From an uncultured Bdellovibrionales bacterium (GTDB lineage Bacteria; Bdellovibrionota_C; UBA2361; CAKMMH01), in contig CAZHSB010000004.1 of NCBI GenBank assembly GCA_964534945.1, positions 1 to 62,438 on the forward strand: a stretch of 62,438 nucleotides of DNA, read 5' to 3'. The position numbers and the translations under genes were made by a program. Positions 46,924 to 57,904 of the stretch are shown piece after piece (position 1 is the first letter of the stretch; every line of letters begins with the position of its first letter). The notes beneath the pieces were generated by a model that had not been told where the DNA came from, did no database searches, and saw only the letters and a program-made list of their open reading frames with translations.

Positions 46924-47978
46924 TATTTTTTATCCTTAATTTTTATATAAGAAATTTTCACACCATCAAAATTTTCTTTTATGTTCAATTTTATATCAGA
47001 AATCAAATCTTTCAAATCATAATTATACACATAAAAATCTTTTATAACACCCTTTCCAACAATTGTAGAATTATCACTTTCTAACAATATTGCATTTTTT
47101 TCATTTTCTTGAGGATATATTTGCCAATTTCGTTTTATTGGCTCATTTCTTAAATATGTCATTTGCCTTTTGGCAAGATGACGAGTCTTTTTTGAAATAT
47201 CTTCTATCATTTCATCTTTAGAAATTTTTCCATCAATAAAATCTATCGCTTGCTTATAACCTATGCTAGAAAACGGAGCAACATCTCGTTCATATTTTTT
47301 AAGAAGATTTTGTACTTCTTTTATAAGTCCTGCCTCAATCATTTCTCCCGTTCTATCATTTATTTTCTTATATAAATCTTCTCTTGTTAAACAAACAACA
47401 TAACACAAGCAATCATATTTTCTAGTTAAAAAATTATGTTCTTTTTGAAGCTCTAAAATACTTTTTTTCGTCATTAAAAAAACTTCTAATGCTCTAAGAA
47501 TTCTAGTTCTATCATTTTTATTTAACTTTTTGCTCGCCTTGTCATCAATAGAACTCAATAAAGAATATAAATCATCTGTACTTTTTTCTTCTAATTCTTT
47601 TCTTAAACCAATTTCACTTTTAGGGATTTTTGCCAAACCATGAATTAAAGAAGTAACATACATTGTCGTTCCACCTGCAATAACAACATTTTTCCCCCTT
47701 TGCCTAATGTCTTCTATAACCTCATCTGCTAAAGACAAATATTTTGCAACATCAAAATGCTCATCTGCCGACCACAAATCTATCAAATGATGCTTTATCC
47801 CTTCCATTTCAAGCTTTGTTATTTTTGCAGATCCAATATCAAATCCATTATAAACTTGAACTGAATCAATGCTTACAATTTCCGCATCAATTTTTTTTGC
47901 AACCTCTACAGCTAATGAGCTTTTTCCACTACATGTAGCTCCTGTAATTAAGATCAATGGCTTATACTTGGTTTTCAC
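46923..47978 (-). CDS. miaA: tRNA dimethylallyltransferase (with ~50-aa C-terminal extension)
   Basis: 351 aa. ITGATCSGKSSLA P-loop, HHLIDL, AGGTTMY, TRHLAKRQMT. Confidence 0.88.
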   Translation of the reverse strand: MKTKYKPLILITGATCSGKSSLAVEVAKKIDAEIVSIDSVQVYNGFDIGSAKITKLEMEGIKHHLIDLWSADEHFDVAKYLSLADEVIEDIRQRGKNVVIAGGTTMYVTSLIHGLAKIPKSEIGLRKELEEKSTDDLYSLLSSIDDKASKKLNKNDRTRILRALEVFLMTKKSILELQKEHNFLTRKYDCLCYVVCLTREDLYKKINDRTGEMIEAGLIKEVQNLLKKYERDVAPFSSIGYKQAIDFIDGKISKDEMIEDISKKTRHLAKRQMTYLRNEPIKRNWQIYPQENEKNAILLESDNSTIVGKGVIKDFYVYNYDLKDLISDIKLNIKENFDGVKISYIKIKDKK

Positions 47979-47985
47979 TTTTACT

Positions 47986-48537
47986 TTATTTTATTATTTC
48001 ATAAAGAAAATCTTCACCTTGTTTTTCTTTAAATGACATTCTTACAATGTTTTCACTTGGTGAATCAATTGATTTTCCGTAATAATCAGGACGAATAGGA
48101 TATTCTCCTTTATGCCTATCTGCCAAAACTGCCAATTTCACGACTTCAGGACGTCCAAAATCTATTAAAGCATCTAATGCTGCCCTTACAGTCCTTCCTG
48201 TAAAAAAGACATCATCAATTAAAACTATTCTTTTCCCTAATATATTAAAATCTATTTCTGTTCCATTTAAAACAGGATCCGATGTAACATTGACCAAATC
48301 ATCTCGATAAAGCGCAATATCAATAAATCCTAAGTCAAGATCACATTTAGTAATATCATAAATAGTTTTTTGGATTCTTTGAGCTATAAATCCACCGCCT
48401 CTTTTAATTCCAATAAGCGCTACTTTTTTATTAATTGGATAATTCCCCTCAATAATTTGATAAGCTATTCTTGTTAAAGCAAGAGAGATCTCTTCTTCTT
48501 TCATTAGCACAATATGATTACTCGGAACAGAATTCAT
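47986..48537 (-). CDS. pyrR: bifunctional pyrimidine operon regulator/uracil phosphoribosyltransferase PyrR
   Basis: 183 aa. LIGIKRGG, YRDD, IVLIDDVFFTGRTVRAALDAL. Confidence 0.88.
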   Translation of the reverse strand: MNSVPSNHIVLMKEEEISLALTRIAYQIIEGNYPINKKVALIGIKRGGGFIAQRIQKTIYDITKCDLDLGFIDIALYRDDLVNVTSDPVLNGTEIDFNILGKRIVLIDDVFFTGRTVRAALDALIDFGRPEVVKLAVLADRHKGEYPIRPDYYGKSIDSPSENIVRMSFKEKQGEDFLYEIIK

Positions 48538-48568
48538 AAATTTTCTCCATTATATTTATAAAAGTAAT

Positions 48569-48967
48569 TTATATCTCAGGAACATCATTTTGAACATTGG
48601 CTAAAAAATTAAATACGTATAAGTCATAATCTTTTTTTCCAACCGTTATATAAAAAATTTCTTGATATTTTAGCGATATGGTAATTTCTTTTTCTGTCCT
48701 ACTAACCACAATATCATCTTTACTCGCTGGAATTTTTAAATTTTTTACATATTCAAAAAGCTTTTCCCTTATTTCTAAATCAGTATTAACATTCGCAACT
48801 TTGGTTAAAGCAACCATTTGATTTTTTAATTCAAAATAGTAATAATAAAAAGGAGTAATATTGTAAATAACAAACAATAATAAACTTATTGCAATTGTAA
48901 GGATAAAGTTTGTAAATTTAGAATATCCTTTATTATTAAATTTATTGTTAAATTTACTGAAAAGCAT
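48569..48967 (-). CDS. hypothetical single-pass membrane protein
   Basis: 132 aa. One TM (FILTIAISLLLFVIY). No motif. Confidence 0.4.
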   Translation of the reverse strand: MLFSKFNNKFNNKGYSKFTNFILTIAISLLLFVIYNITPFYYYYFELKNQMVALTKVANVNTDLEIREKLFEYVKNLKIPASKDDIVVSRTEKEITISLKYQEIFYITVGKKDYDLYVFNFLANVQNDVPEI

Positions 48968-49004
48968 TTTTTTATTTTATCAAAAAAAAGCAAAAAAAAC
49001 TACT

Positions 49005-49385
49005 ATGGGATTACGAGAAAAAAAGCAAACTCAATCTTTATTTGTCGCAGGTATGTTATTTTTAGTCCTTGGGCTCGGTAACACTATATACGGCCATGAA
49101 AAATATAGGGAATATAAAAAAATTTATTCTAAAGCGCTCATAGAAATTAGTGAAATAACGTCTAAAAAAGAAAACAAAAATCCCATGTTATCTTCAAGTA
49201 ACGCCTTTATTGAAAAAGAAAGACATTTAAAAAGAAGCCATGGAAGAATTACTTTTTATAAATTCTTCGTTGTTGGTGGAAGCATTTTTATTGGAATTTC
49301 TATTTTCTTTTTACTCTGGGTTTGGATCAGATTTAAAGCAAGTCGCAAATATATTCAAGAAGATTCTCACGAAGTGGAATCTTAA
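49005..49385 (+). CDS. hypothetical membrane protein
   Basis: I moved the start to Met21 to avoid overlap with the divergent gene. Two TM segments. Confidence 0.4.
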   Translation: MGLREKKQTQSLFVAGMLFLVLGLGNTIYGHEKYREYKKIYSKALIEISEITSKKENKNPMLSSSNAFIEKERHLKRSHGRITFYKFFVVGGSIFIGISIFFLLWVWIRFKASRKYIQEDSHEVES

Positions 49386-49424
49386 AATTAATATATTTCG
49401 ACTTCAATATTAAAATTTTTGCTT

Positions 49425-50636
49425 TTACAAAGCACTTTTATTATCAACATTAGCATTTTCACTTGGAGGATCTAATTTTGAGCGAAAATGAAAATACACA
49501 TTCTTCATAAGAAGTCCTAACATGGCAAAAGTAAAAATTGTACTTGGATACATCCAAATAAGTGCCATATAAAACGGCCCCTTTATCTCTAAAAATGCAG
49601 AACAAAATGCCATTAGGAAAGAACAAAGTGACATAAAAAACAATGAATAAAATTGTCTTTGATGAACTTTCTTAACATGGTAATAAAAGTAAAACGAGAT
49701 AACCGAAATAACCAAAAAACATGTTAAAATAGCCACCGCATTTACATGAGGATATATATCAACATTTTTTAAAATATCTACAAACGCATTATTTAACCCT
49801 ACTGTTCTTATTGCATCATCAAATATGAATGCATTCACAATATTTAAAAATGATGTGGAAATTTTAGTTTTGTAAAAAATAACATCTACTCCAAATTGAA
49901 GTAAAAAAACGCAGAAAAAAGCAAAAAGCATTGTCTTAATAAAAGATCCAGCCCTTACAAATGAGAACTTTTTCTTCCACATGTAATACAACGCATGATA
50001 AAAGAGAATAACTAAAACAGAAAACATCATAAAAACTGATGTTCTATATGAGATCACTAATCTTAAAAATATCGTTATAAATAAGCACGCTAATATTTGT
50101 TTCTGAAGATACGTTTTATTTAGTCTTTCCACCATAAGCAGTATTGCAACAACAACAGATGGAAGTAACAATGACCACAAACTTACAGCAATAAATTTTG
50201 AGGAAATTACATAATATGGACTAAAAAGTATTGCTAGCGACGCAAAAAAAGAAGACATAAAGCCAAACTCTATGTCTATCCAAACAAGCAATAACACAAA
50301 AACACACATTAATAATAACAAATTACATTGCGCGAAGGTCTTTATTGATGAAGGGCCTAAATTTCCTCCAAATAAATGCGTCGAAGAAGATCCAATAAAC
50401 ATTCCAGCCAAAGGATAATTAAAAAATCTATCTTTTTTACCACTTAATTCTCTCATAGATTCTAAATTACGTTGCCCAATCTCAATTTCCCAAAATAATC
50501 TGTCATTTGCAATTTTGATTTTCGAGAAATCACTTTCTTGAGCAATATGTAATGAATTTTGAGAAAATGACTCATAAAGTAAAAAAACAAATATTAATAA
50601 AAAACCGATTTTGGTTATTCTTTCTAAAAAATGCAT
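49425..50636 (-). CDS. polytopic integral membrane protein, function unknown
   Basis: 403 aa, about 10 hydrophobic segments. Directly downstream of sufD. Confidence 0.5.
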   Translation of the reverse strand: MHFLERITKIGFLLIFVFLLYESFSQNSLHIAQESDFSKIKIANDRLFWEIEIGQRNLESMRELSGKKDRFFNYPLAGMFIGSSSTHLFGGNLGPSSIKTFAQCNLLLLMCVFVLLLVWIDIEFGFMSSFFASLAILFSPYYVISSKFIAVSLWSLLLPSVVVAILLMVERLNKTYLQKQILACLFITIFLRLVISYRTSVFMMFSVLVILFYHALYYMWKKKFSFVRAGSFIKTMLFAFFCVFLLQFGVDVIFYKTKISTSFLNIVNAFIFDDAIRTVGLNNAFVDILKNVDIYPHVNAVAILTCFLVISVISFYFYYHVKKVHQRQFYSLFFMSLCSFLMAFCSAFLEIKGPFYMALIWMYPSTIFTFAMLGLLMKNVYFHFRSKLDPPSENANVDNKSAL

Positions 50637-50661
50637 TTATCCTCCGAAGTCCAAATAAAAA

Positions 50662-51912
50662 TTAAAAAGACAAATCTTGAAATAGCGAATCCTTACTTAA
50701 TTTTATAAACCCTTCATCATCTACTTTACTTAGTGTTTCAAAAATGAACGCACCGAGCAAGACCTTTTTAGCATCCTCTTCTTTTATTCCTCTTGATTGA
50801 AGATAAAAAAGCGCGCTCTTGTCTAATTCTCCAAATGTTGCTCCATGCGAACATTCAACATCATCTGCAAAAATTTTAAGCCATGGTCTAGCAAAACTTC
50901 TTGCAGATTTTGAAAGCAAAATAGATTTTGAAGATTGCTTAGATTTTACTTTTTGAGAATCTTTTTGTACTTCTATTTTTCCAGTAAAAGCTGACTTGGA
51001 ATCATCATATAATACAGACTTTACATCTTGAGTCGAAAAGGTTTTTCGAAATTTATGATTTACACTTACAAAAAGATCGACCATTGATTTTAATTTCGAA
51101 AAACTAATTGATGAGATATCTCCCGTCGCGCCTTCTCCAAGTAAATTAATACAAAAATCCTCTCGTAAAATGTTATTAGCTAGATTGATATTAACTAACT
51201 TTAAATTTGAACCTTTATATAAATTATATAAGTTTGTAGATAAAATTTTTGCTTGTTTATTTTCCACATATCTATAATAAGAAACTTTTGAATTATCCAA
51301 TATATTCATGCAAATAAGTGGTAGCAACATATCATCTTCTATAGATTTATCTAAAAAATATTCTATAAAATTTAATGATACATCATCTTTAATATCAAAA
51401 AAAATTGCAGATGATAAAAAAGATTTCTCATTATATTTACTTAAAAAATTATAAATTATTCTAAGATTTTTATTAAAATTTTTATCTATTTCGATAATAA
51501 AGATATTATCTGATGCTAATAATGAAATTGTTGAAAAGAAATTTTGATTTTTAGAAAAATCATCTAAAATATTTTGTGGCAAATTTTTAAGATCATATTT
51601 TTCTATCTTTATTCCTAGCGAAGCATCAACAGTAGAAATATCATTATTAGTAACAATGATATCAAAATACTTATCATTTTTTTCTATTAAATTCTTATTA
51701 TAAAAAGTTTCTTGATTCTTATTTTCCGTCTTGTCACTCAAACAATATTCATTATTTAAAATTGCGTCTAAATCAAAATATTTATATTCTTCATTTTTAA
51801 TGCTAGGAATAATCTCATCATTAAAAGAAATTTTCTTTTTTAATTCATGATCAAAATAATTTTTTATGTTTTTTAAAATAATCTTATTCATTAATCCAAG
51901 CGTAACCTTCAT
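50662..51912 (-). CDS. sufD: Fe-S cluster assembly protein SufD
   Basis: 416 aa. C-terminal PWLKIFADDVECSHGATFGELDKSALFYLQSRGI. Position after sufC. Confidence 0.85.
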   Translation of the reverse strand: MKVTLGLMNKIILKNIKNYFDHELKKKISFNDEIIPSIKNEEYKYFDLDAILNNEYCLSDKTENKNQETFYNKNLIEKNDKYFDIIVTNNDISTVDASLGIKIEKYDLKNLPQNILDDFSKNQNFFSTISLLASDNIFIIEIDKNFNKNLRIIYNFLSKYNEKSFLSSAIFFDIKDDVSLNFIEYFLDKSIEDDMLLPLICMNILDNSKVSYYRYVENKQAKILSTNLYNLYKGSNLKLVNINLANNILREDFCINLLGEGATGDISSISFSKLKSMVDLFVSVNHKFRKTFSTQDVKSVLYDDSKSAFTGKIEVQKDSQKVKSKQSSKSILLSKSARSFARPWLKIFADDVECSHGATFGELDKSALFYLQSRGIKEEDAKKVLLGAFIFETLSKVDDEGFIKLSKDSLFQDLSF

Positions 51913-52639
51913 TTTCTAATTTTTCTGCTAATGAAAAATCTCCAGACATCTTTATCTGTCCTTCAATTAAAACATGTATTTTATCTGGCTTAATATGGTC
52001 TAACAGTCTTTTATAATGAGTGATAATTAAAAAACTTGCTTTAGGATTCTCCTGTCTATATTTATTTATCGCATTAGAGACATCAGAAAGAGCATCGATA
52101 TCAAGTCCTGAATCTATTTCATCTAAAATAGCAAGTGTTGGTTTCAATAAGCTTAATTGTAAAACTTCACATCTTTTCTTTTCGCCACCAGAAAATCCTT
52201 CATTAACAAAACGAGATAACATCTTAGAAGAAAAGTTTATATCTTTAGATTTTTCTTCTACCTCTTTTTTAAACTCTCTTATACCAAACTCTTTTTCTCC
52301 TTGATTTTTTTTAACTTCATTTGTGCTTGTTCTTAAAAAATAATTCAAAGAAACACCTGAAAGCTCTATGGGATTTTGAAAAGATAAAAATAAACCATTC
52401 CAAGCACGTTCTTCTGGCTTTAATGACAAAAAATCTTTCCCTTTAAAAATTACTTCTCCCTTATCTACCTTATATAAAGGATTTCCAGCTAAAACATTTG
52501 ATAGTGTGCTTTTCCCTGAACCATTTAGCCCCATAATGGCGTGGACCTCTCCTTCACCTATTTCAAGATTAATGCCTCTTAAAATTTGATTGTCTTCAAC
52601 TGACGCAAAAAGATTTTTTATTTCTAAAATATTAACCAT
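51884..52639 (-). CDS. sufC: Fe-S cluster assembly ATPase SufC
   Basis: 251 aa. GLNGSGKSTL, FSGGEKKRCEVLQL, ILDEIDSGLD. Confidence 0.93.
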   Translation of the reverse strand: MVNILEIKNLFASVEDNQILRGINLEIGEGEVHAIMGLNGSGKSTLSNVLAGNPLYKVDKGEVIFKGKDFLSLKPEERAWNGLFLSFQNPIELSGVSLNYFLRTSTNEVKKNQGEKEFGIREFKKEVEEKSKDINFSSKMLSRFVNEGFSGGEKKRCEVLQLSLLKPTLAILDEIDSGLDIDALSDVSNAINKYRQENPKASFLIITHYKRLLDHIKPDKIHVLIEGQIKMSGDFSLAEKLENEGYAWINE

Positions 52640-52644
52640 TTTTA

Positions 52645-54093
52645 TTATCCTATACTGCCCTCTAAAGTTACTGACAATAATTGTTTAGCTTCAACTGCAA
52701 ATTCCATCGGAAGTTCATTAAAAACTTCTTTACAAAATCCATTAACAATCATAGATATTGCATCTTCCTTTGAAATGCCACGTTGATTACAATAAAAAAT
52801 TTGATCTTCTCCAATTTTTGATGTGGTTGCTTCGTGTTCCACAATTGCTGAAGAATTTGCAACATCCATATAGGGAAAAGTATGAGCGCCACATTTATCT
52901 CCCATAAGTAAAGAATCGCATTCAGAAAAATTTCTAGCATTCTCAGCAGATGGTAAAATTTTCACAAGTCCTCTATAAGTATTATTGCTATATAATCCCG
53001 AGATCCCTTTTGAAACTATGGTGCTTTTTGTATTTTTTCCAACATGAATCATTTTCGTTCCTGTATCTGCCTGCTGATAATTATTAGTAACAGCTACAGA
53101 GTGGAATTCTCCAACGCTTCCATCACCTTTTAAAATACAACTTGGATATTTCCATGTAACAGCAGAACCTGTTTCTACTTGAGTCCATGAAATTTTAGAA
53201 TTTTTCCCCTCACATATTCCACGTTTAGTAACAAAATTATAAACTCCACCTTTTCCATTCTTATCTCCAGGATACCAATTTTGAATTGTAGAATATTTGA
53301 TATGTGCATTTTCTAACGCCACGAGTTCGACTACTGCAGCATGAAGTTGATATTCATCACGCATCGGTGCTGTGCACCCCTCCATATAACTTACATAGCT
53401 TCCCTTGTCTGCAATAATTAATGTCCTTTCAAATTGACCTGTATTTTGCGCATTAATTCTAAAATATGTTGAAAGTTCTATTGGACATTTTACACCTTCA
53501 GGAACATAAACAAATGTTCCATCAGAAAAGACAGCAGAATTTAATGCTGAAAAAAAATTATCTTGGGGAACAACAACAGAAGCCAAATATTTTTTTATTA
53601 ACTCTGGATAATCTCTTATCGCTTCACTAATTGAACAAAAGATAATTCCAATTTTATTTAATTCTGCCTTATATGTTGTGGCGATTGAAACGCTATCAAA
53701 TACAGCATCAACTGCCACACCTGCCAATTGCTTTTGCTCTTGCAATGGAATGCCAAGTTTTTGGTATGTTTTTAAAACTTCTGGATCTACTTCATCTAAA
53801 CTTTTTAAATCACTATTTCTCTTTGGCGCAGAATAATAACTAAGAGAATCATAATCAATTTTTTCGTATTTAAGAAATCCCCATGACGGTTCTTTCAACT
53901 TTTGCCATTTATTAAAAGCATCTAATCTAAAAGCCAACATAAAATCAGGTTCATTTTTCTTTTTTGATATAAGCCTAATTTTATCCTCATCAATTCCAGG
54001 CAAAATGGTATCATTTTCTACATCACTTAAAAAACCGTATTTATACTCAGAATTTTTTAAATTTTGTAATATTTCGTTATCTTTTTTTTCCAT
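52645..54093 (-). CDS. sufB: Fe-S cluster assembly scaffold SufB
   Basis: 482 aa. [38 protein letters not shown]. Confidence 0.93.
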   Translation of the reverse strand: MEKKDNEILQNLKNSEYKYGFLSDVENDTILPGIDEDKIRLISKKKNEPDFMLAFRLDAFNKWQKLKEPSWGFLKYEKIDYDSLSYYSAPKRNSDLKSLDEVDPEVLKTYQKLGIPLQEQKQLAGVAVDAVFDSVSIATTYKAELNKIGIIFCSISEAIRDYPELIKKYLASVVVPQDNFFSALNSAVFSDGTFVYVPEGVKCPIELSTYFRINAQNTGQFERTLIIADKGSYVSYMEGCTAPMRDEYQLHAAVVELVALENAHIKYSTIQNWYPGDKNGKGGVYNFVTKRGICEGKNSKISWTQVETGSAVTWKYPSCILKGDGSVGEFHSVAVTNNYQQADTGTKMIHVGKNTKSTIVSKGISGLYSNNTYRGLVKILPSAENARNFSECDSLLMGDKCGAHTFPYMDVANSSAIVEHEATTSKIGEDQIFYCNQRGISKEDAISMIVNGFCKEVFNELPMEFAVEAKQLLSVTLEGSIG

Positions 54094-54144
54094 TGATGTT
54101 TTTATTTTTTTATTCTTAGAAAATTACATAATTACTAAAGAGTA

Positions 54145-55554
54145 TTATACAGTTAAGTATTCTGTTTTATCAAGTATTGAGTGCCTACCTAATTTTGTCA
54201 CTTGATCTAACTTTTTATAAGCCAACAAATCACATATAAATTTCATCGGTAATTCTTTTGCAAATGCGACCTCTTCAGCAGTAACACCAAGAATATTTTT
54301 ATAATAAAAATTACCATCTAACGCTTGCTGTAATTTTGGAAGCTTTTTAAAACTTGTAATAAAAATTCCATCTAAAAGCTTTCTTGGAGTCTCAAGAAGC
54401 GGAACATCATATTTTATAACAAATTGTGTTTTTTCTTCTCTTAACGTTGAATTCTGAAGTGATAACCATGCCGCAGCAAATGCACGAGTTGGATATTTCG
54501 GAATATCTATTTCCCCATTATGATTAAAATTTTTCTCTAAGACAGAAAGTTGAAAAACAAATTCGTTTCCAACTCCATATTCATTTATACCATATTGCCT
54601 AAGGAAATCTGTAACATAATATAATGTTACATCCCCTCTTTCTACATTTTCCCTATCTTCATACACAAATAGATTAAAACAAGGATCTTTTATATTCTGT
54701 ACGTCTTCTACATTAAAACCCAAAACTACTAACTCTTTTTTTAAGTTAACACTAACAACACCTATAGGAGACCCAAATGCAGTCTCAAAAACTTCTAAAG
54801 AATTTTTATACACAGGTTTCTTATATTGAAATCCCTTACTCAAAGATGATAATTTCTCTTTATCTTGCACAAAAAATATATCTGCTCCTGCATACCAATT
54901 CATGAAATCATTTCCCTGCCTATTGTGAAGAGAATAAAAAATCCCAAAATCCATTAAAAAAGAAACGCCTTGTATAACAACTTGTCTTTTTATAGTATCT
55001 ACAAAAACTTTTGCATATCTTAACATTAACGGCAAAGAAATCTGGTGTAATGATTCGCTCCTAGAATCGAAAGATGATTTTAAAATATCTAAAAAATCTA
55101 TAGGAGAATATTTTTCTTTAAAATAATTCGATGGATCGGAACATTTTTCAAAAGAAATTTTTAAACTCTTTCCTCGCCTCATTTCAAATAATTTGTCATC
55201 TTCTATATAATTTATTTGATCCTGATTTTGCGGAATAAGAAATCCAAAACGTTCCAAATAAACAGCATTTAGTCTTTCAAGATTTTTCAAAATACTTTCA
55301 TTGAAAAATTTTATAAGCTCCTTTTTTACATGACTGTCGTCGATGTGTTGAAAAAAATCTGGTAAAATTTCTGTGTTTTTTCTTCTTCTAGAAATAACCG
55401 ACAATCTTGGACGCTTCCCTGCCAAAATCCTAGACGGCACACCTTCTTCATCTTCTTGCACATTATTCATATTATGATTTGCATTCACAACTAAAATTCC
55501 TATTAAAACTTCACTATAGGGTATAACATTTTTTAAGAGTCGTGTATTATACAA
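54145..55554 (-). CDS. hypothetical protein upstream of sufBCD
   Basis: 469 aa, no confident motif. The start is uncertain, with several internal Met. Confidence 0.45.
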   Translation of the reverse strand: MYNTRLLKNVIPYSEVLIGILVVNANHNMNNVQEDEEGVPSRILAGKRPRLSVISRRRKNTEILPDFFQHIDDSHVKKELIKFFNESILKNLERLNAVYLERFGFLIPQNQDQINYIEDDKLFEMRRGKSLKISFEKCSDPSNYFKEKYSPIDFLDILKSSFDSRSESLHQISLPLMLRYAKVFVDTIKRQVVIQGVSFLMDFGIFYSLHNRQGNDFMNWYAGADIFFVQDKEKLSSLSKGFQYKKPVYKNSLEVFETAFGSPIGVVSVNLKKELVVLGFNVEDVQNIKDPCFNLFVYEDRENVERGDVTLYYVTDFLRQYGINEYGVGNEFVFQLSVLEKNFNHNGEIDIPKYPTRAFAAAWLSLQNSTLREEKTQFVIKYDVPLLETPRKLLDGIFITSFKKLPKLQQALDGNFYYKNILGVTAEEVAFAKELPMKFICDLLAYKKLDQVTKLGRHSILDKTEYLTV

Positions 55555-55603
55555 TAAAAAAAAGATTTATATCAAGTGAAAGCAAAATTATAGCTTTTAT
55601 TTT

Positions 55604-56575
55604 ATGGCAATTTCTAATATTATTAGCGACATGAAAAATATAATTTTAAAACCTCGTCATCTTTATTTTACCCTTGCTCTTATTACTCTTTTATCAACTC
55701 AAAAAGCTATTGCCCAAAATAACCCTCAAAATGATAGCTGGAAAGAGGTTCCAAGTGATACTACCGAGATCATAAATAATAGAAATATCAATCTTGAAGA
55801 AGAAAACACCACTCACAAAATAGAGGCTAAGCATCAAGATACAGTGGAAAAAATAAACGAAAATGCGCCAGAAGAAGCTTGGGATCCATTTGAACCTGTA
55901 AATCGTGGAATTTTTTGGTTTAATGATAAAGCTGACACATATTTTATGGGACCTGTATCAAGGGGGTATGATTTTATTATGCCAGATTTTGCACAAACAG
56001 GTGTTAAGAATCTTTTTAATAATCTTGCCTATCCTGTTGATTTTGCAAGCGATTTTATAACATTTGATTTTGAACATATGGGACTTCACACTTCTAGATT
56101 CTTAATAAATTCAACACTGGGGCTTTTAGGGCTTTTTGATGTTGCATCATCTATGGGGCTTGATGATGTCGACACAGACATTGGTCTTGCATTAAAAGAT
56201 AATGATGTTCCTGCAGGGCCGTATCTTGTTCTTCCGCTTTTAGGAGCAAGTAATGTAAGAGATGGCTTATCATTAGGCGCGAGCGCTTTTATACATCCCT
56301 TTGCAATTGTAGGATATTGCGATGTAAGGTCTGGAATAACTGATAAACTTACTATTGGTGGAACATCACTTAACAGCCTCCAAACACGTGTAGACGCTGA
56401 AGAAGCGTTAAAATCTGCTAAAGAAGGTTCTGTCGATTACTATTTATTCATGCAATCTGCTTATTACCAATACAGAAATGGAAAGCTTAAAAAATTGCGT
56501 GGAGAGATAACAGACGATAATTTACCGTCAGAAAACGCAGACGATAGTAACGAATCTAACGAGTGGGATTTTTAG
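55604..56575 (+). CDS. mlaA: MlaA/VacJ family outer-membrane lipoprotein
   Basis: 323 aa. DPFEPVNRGIFWFNDKADTYFMGPVSRGY, NSTLGLLGLFDVAS, GPYLVLPLLG. Confidence 0.85.
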   Translation: MAISNIISDMKNIILKPRHLYFTLALITLLSTQKAIAQNNPQNDSWKEVPSDTTEIINNRNINLEEENTTHKIEAKHQDTVEKINENAPEEAWDPFEPVNRGIFWFNDKADTYFMGPVSRGYDFIMPDFAQTGVKNLFNNLAYPVDFASDFITFDFEHMGLHTSRFLINSTLGLLGLFDVASSMGLDDVDTDIGLALKDNDVPAGPYLVLPLLGASNVRDGLSLGASAFIHPFAIVGYCDVRSGITDKLTIGGTSLNSLQTRVDAEEALKSAKEGSVDYYLFMQSAYYQYRNGKLKKLRGEITDDNLPSENADDSNESNEWDF

Positions 56576-56598
56576 GAACTTTTGGGGTACTATTGAAT

Positions 56599-57687
56599 TT
56601 AAAGTTTTAATCTCTCTAATACTCTCTCAAATCTTTGAGCAACTAGATCATAGGAAAAATATTTTTGCGCTCGCATTTTTCCATTTAAAGAAAGTTTACT
56701 CCAAAGCTTATCATTTGATAAAAGCTCCAATGTTGCTCTTATAAATTTATCCATATATTCTTGAGAACCTACCTTTTCATTTATCAATATTCCTGCATCT
56801 CCAACAAGTTCTGGAAGCGCACCTAATGCAGAAGTGATAATTGGGCAACCTGCCGCTTGTGCTTCGATAACAACTTTTGCACTAGTTTCAAGCCAAACAT
56901 TCGGATAAAAAAGAACTGCCGACTTCATATATTCTCTTGCAAGTTCTTTTTGCAAAATATTTCCATGAACAAAAACTCCAGAAATTTTTTCTAGCTCTCT
57001 ATTTATATTTTCGCATTGCTCTTTTGCAACCCCCTCTATTGATTTTTCTCTAGCATATATATCTAATCCACTAAAACTATGAAACTCTATTTGTGGATCT
57101 TTTTCTCTTAAATATTTTAAAAATGGAATCGTTAACTCCAAACCTTTGTATGGAGAAGATGCAAAAATCAAACGCTTTCTATCTCTTTTTTCTGAACCTG
57201 AAAAGTCAGATAACTCTACACCATTTCCTATTGCCACGCCTCGTTCACTTGGGAATCCAGAAGCCTCACAGAGAGTTTTTATATGCCATTTACTTTTCCC
57301 CATTAATACATGAACCATATTGGCATATCTTTTATCCCCCAACCCAAATGTCGTAAGGTCATTAAATCCTTTATCTGTTAAAAATATTTTTGAACGACAC
57401 GGAACATTTAACAATAAAGACTGCAAATCTTTTACTGCAACAAAAACATCACATTGACTTATCGTTTCGCTAAATTGATTTATATGATAATACTTGGGCT
57501 TTGAAGCTACAGGATTTTGGTAAGTGGTATAAACTGTAACATCATGACCTCGCATAGAAAGTTTTTCTGCAAGTTTTATAATATCAGTTTCACCTCCCGC
57601 AAGAGGCCTTTCATCTAAAGAATTCGCTTGAAAAGGCAAACTATCTCCTGCAAAAAATATAATTTTATATTTTCTTCTTTCGTCCAT
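56599..57687 (-). CDS. glycosyltransferase family 4 (GT-B fold)
   Basis: 362 aa. C-terminal E..AKVVIEAQAAGCPIITSALGALPELV (EX7E-type region). Confidence 0.78.
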   Translation of the reverse strand: MDERRKYKIIFFAGDSLPFQANSLDERPLAGGETDIIKLAEKLSMRGHDVTVYTTYQNPVASKPKYYHINQFSETISQCDVFVAVKDLQSLLLNVPCRSKIFLTDKGFNDLTTFGLGDKRYANMVHVLMGKSKWHIKTLCEASGFPSERGVAIGNGVELSDFSGSEKRDRKRLIFASSPYKGLELTIPFLKYLREKDPQIEFHSFSGLDIYAREKSIEGVAKEQCENINRELEKISGVFVHGNILQKELAREYMKSAVLFYPNVWLETSAKVVIEAQAAGCPIITSALGALPELVGDAGILINEKVGSQEYMDKFIRATLELLSNDKLWSKLSLNGKMRAQKYFSYDLVAQRFERVLERLKL

Positions 57688-57868
57688 TTTTCTTTACTCT
57701 TTTTATCTAATAAAAACCATTTATTTACTTTGTTTTTTGATGAATTATCAAAAGCAAGATATTCAAAAAAATCTTCTTCTTTGTTTTTCATTAAAGAGAT
57801 TTTATTTATCAAATTTTATTTAATTTTATTACATTAAAACAATACGTTACAAAAACTTTCCTAATTAA

Positions 57869-57896
57869 TTGAAAATATTCAAAAAAAGAATAATCT
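57869..57896 (+). promoter_or_regulatory. sigma-70-type promoter abutting the tldD-family ATG
   Basis: TTGAAA (57869-57874), 16 nt, TAATCT (57891-57896). The ATG at 57905 is 8 nt after the -10. Confidence 0.45.
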
Positions 57897-57904
57897 AACT
57901 AGAT

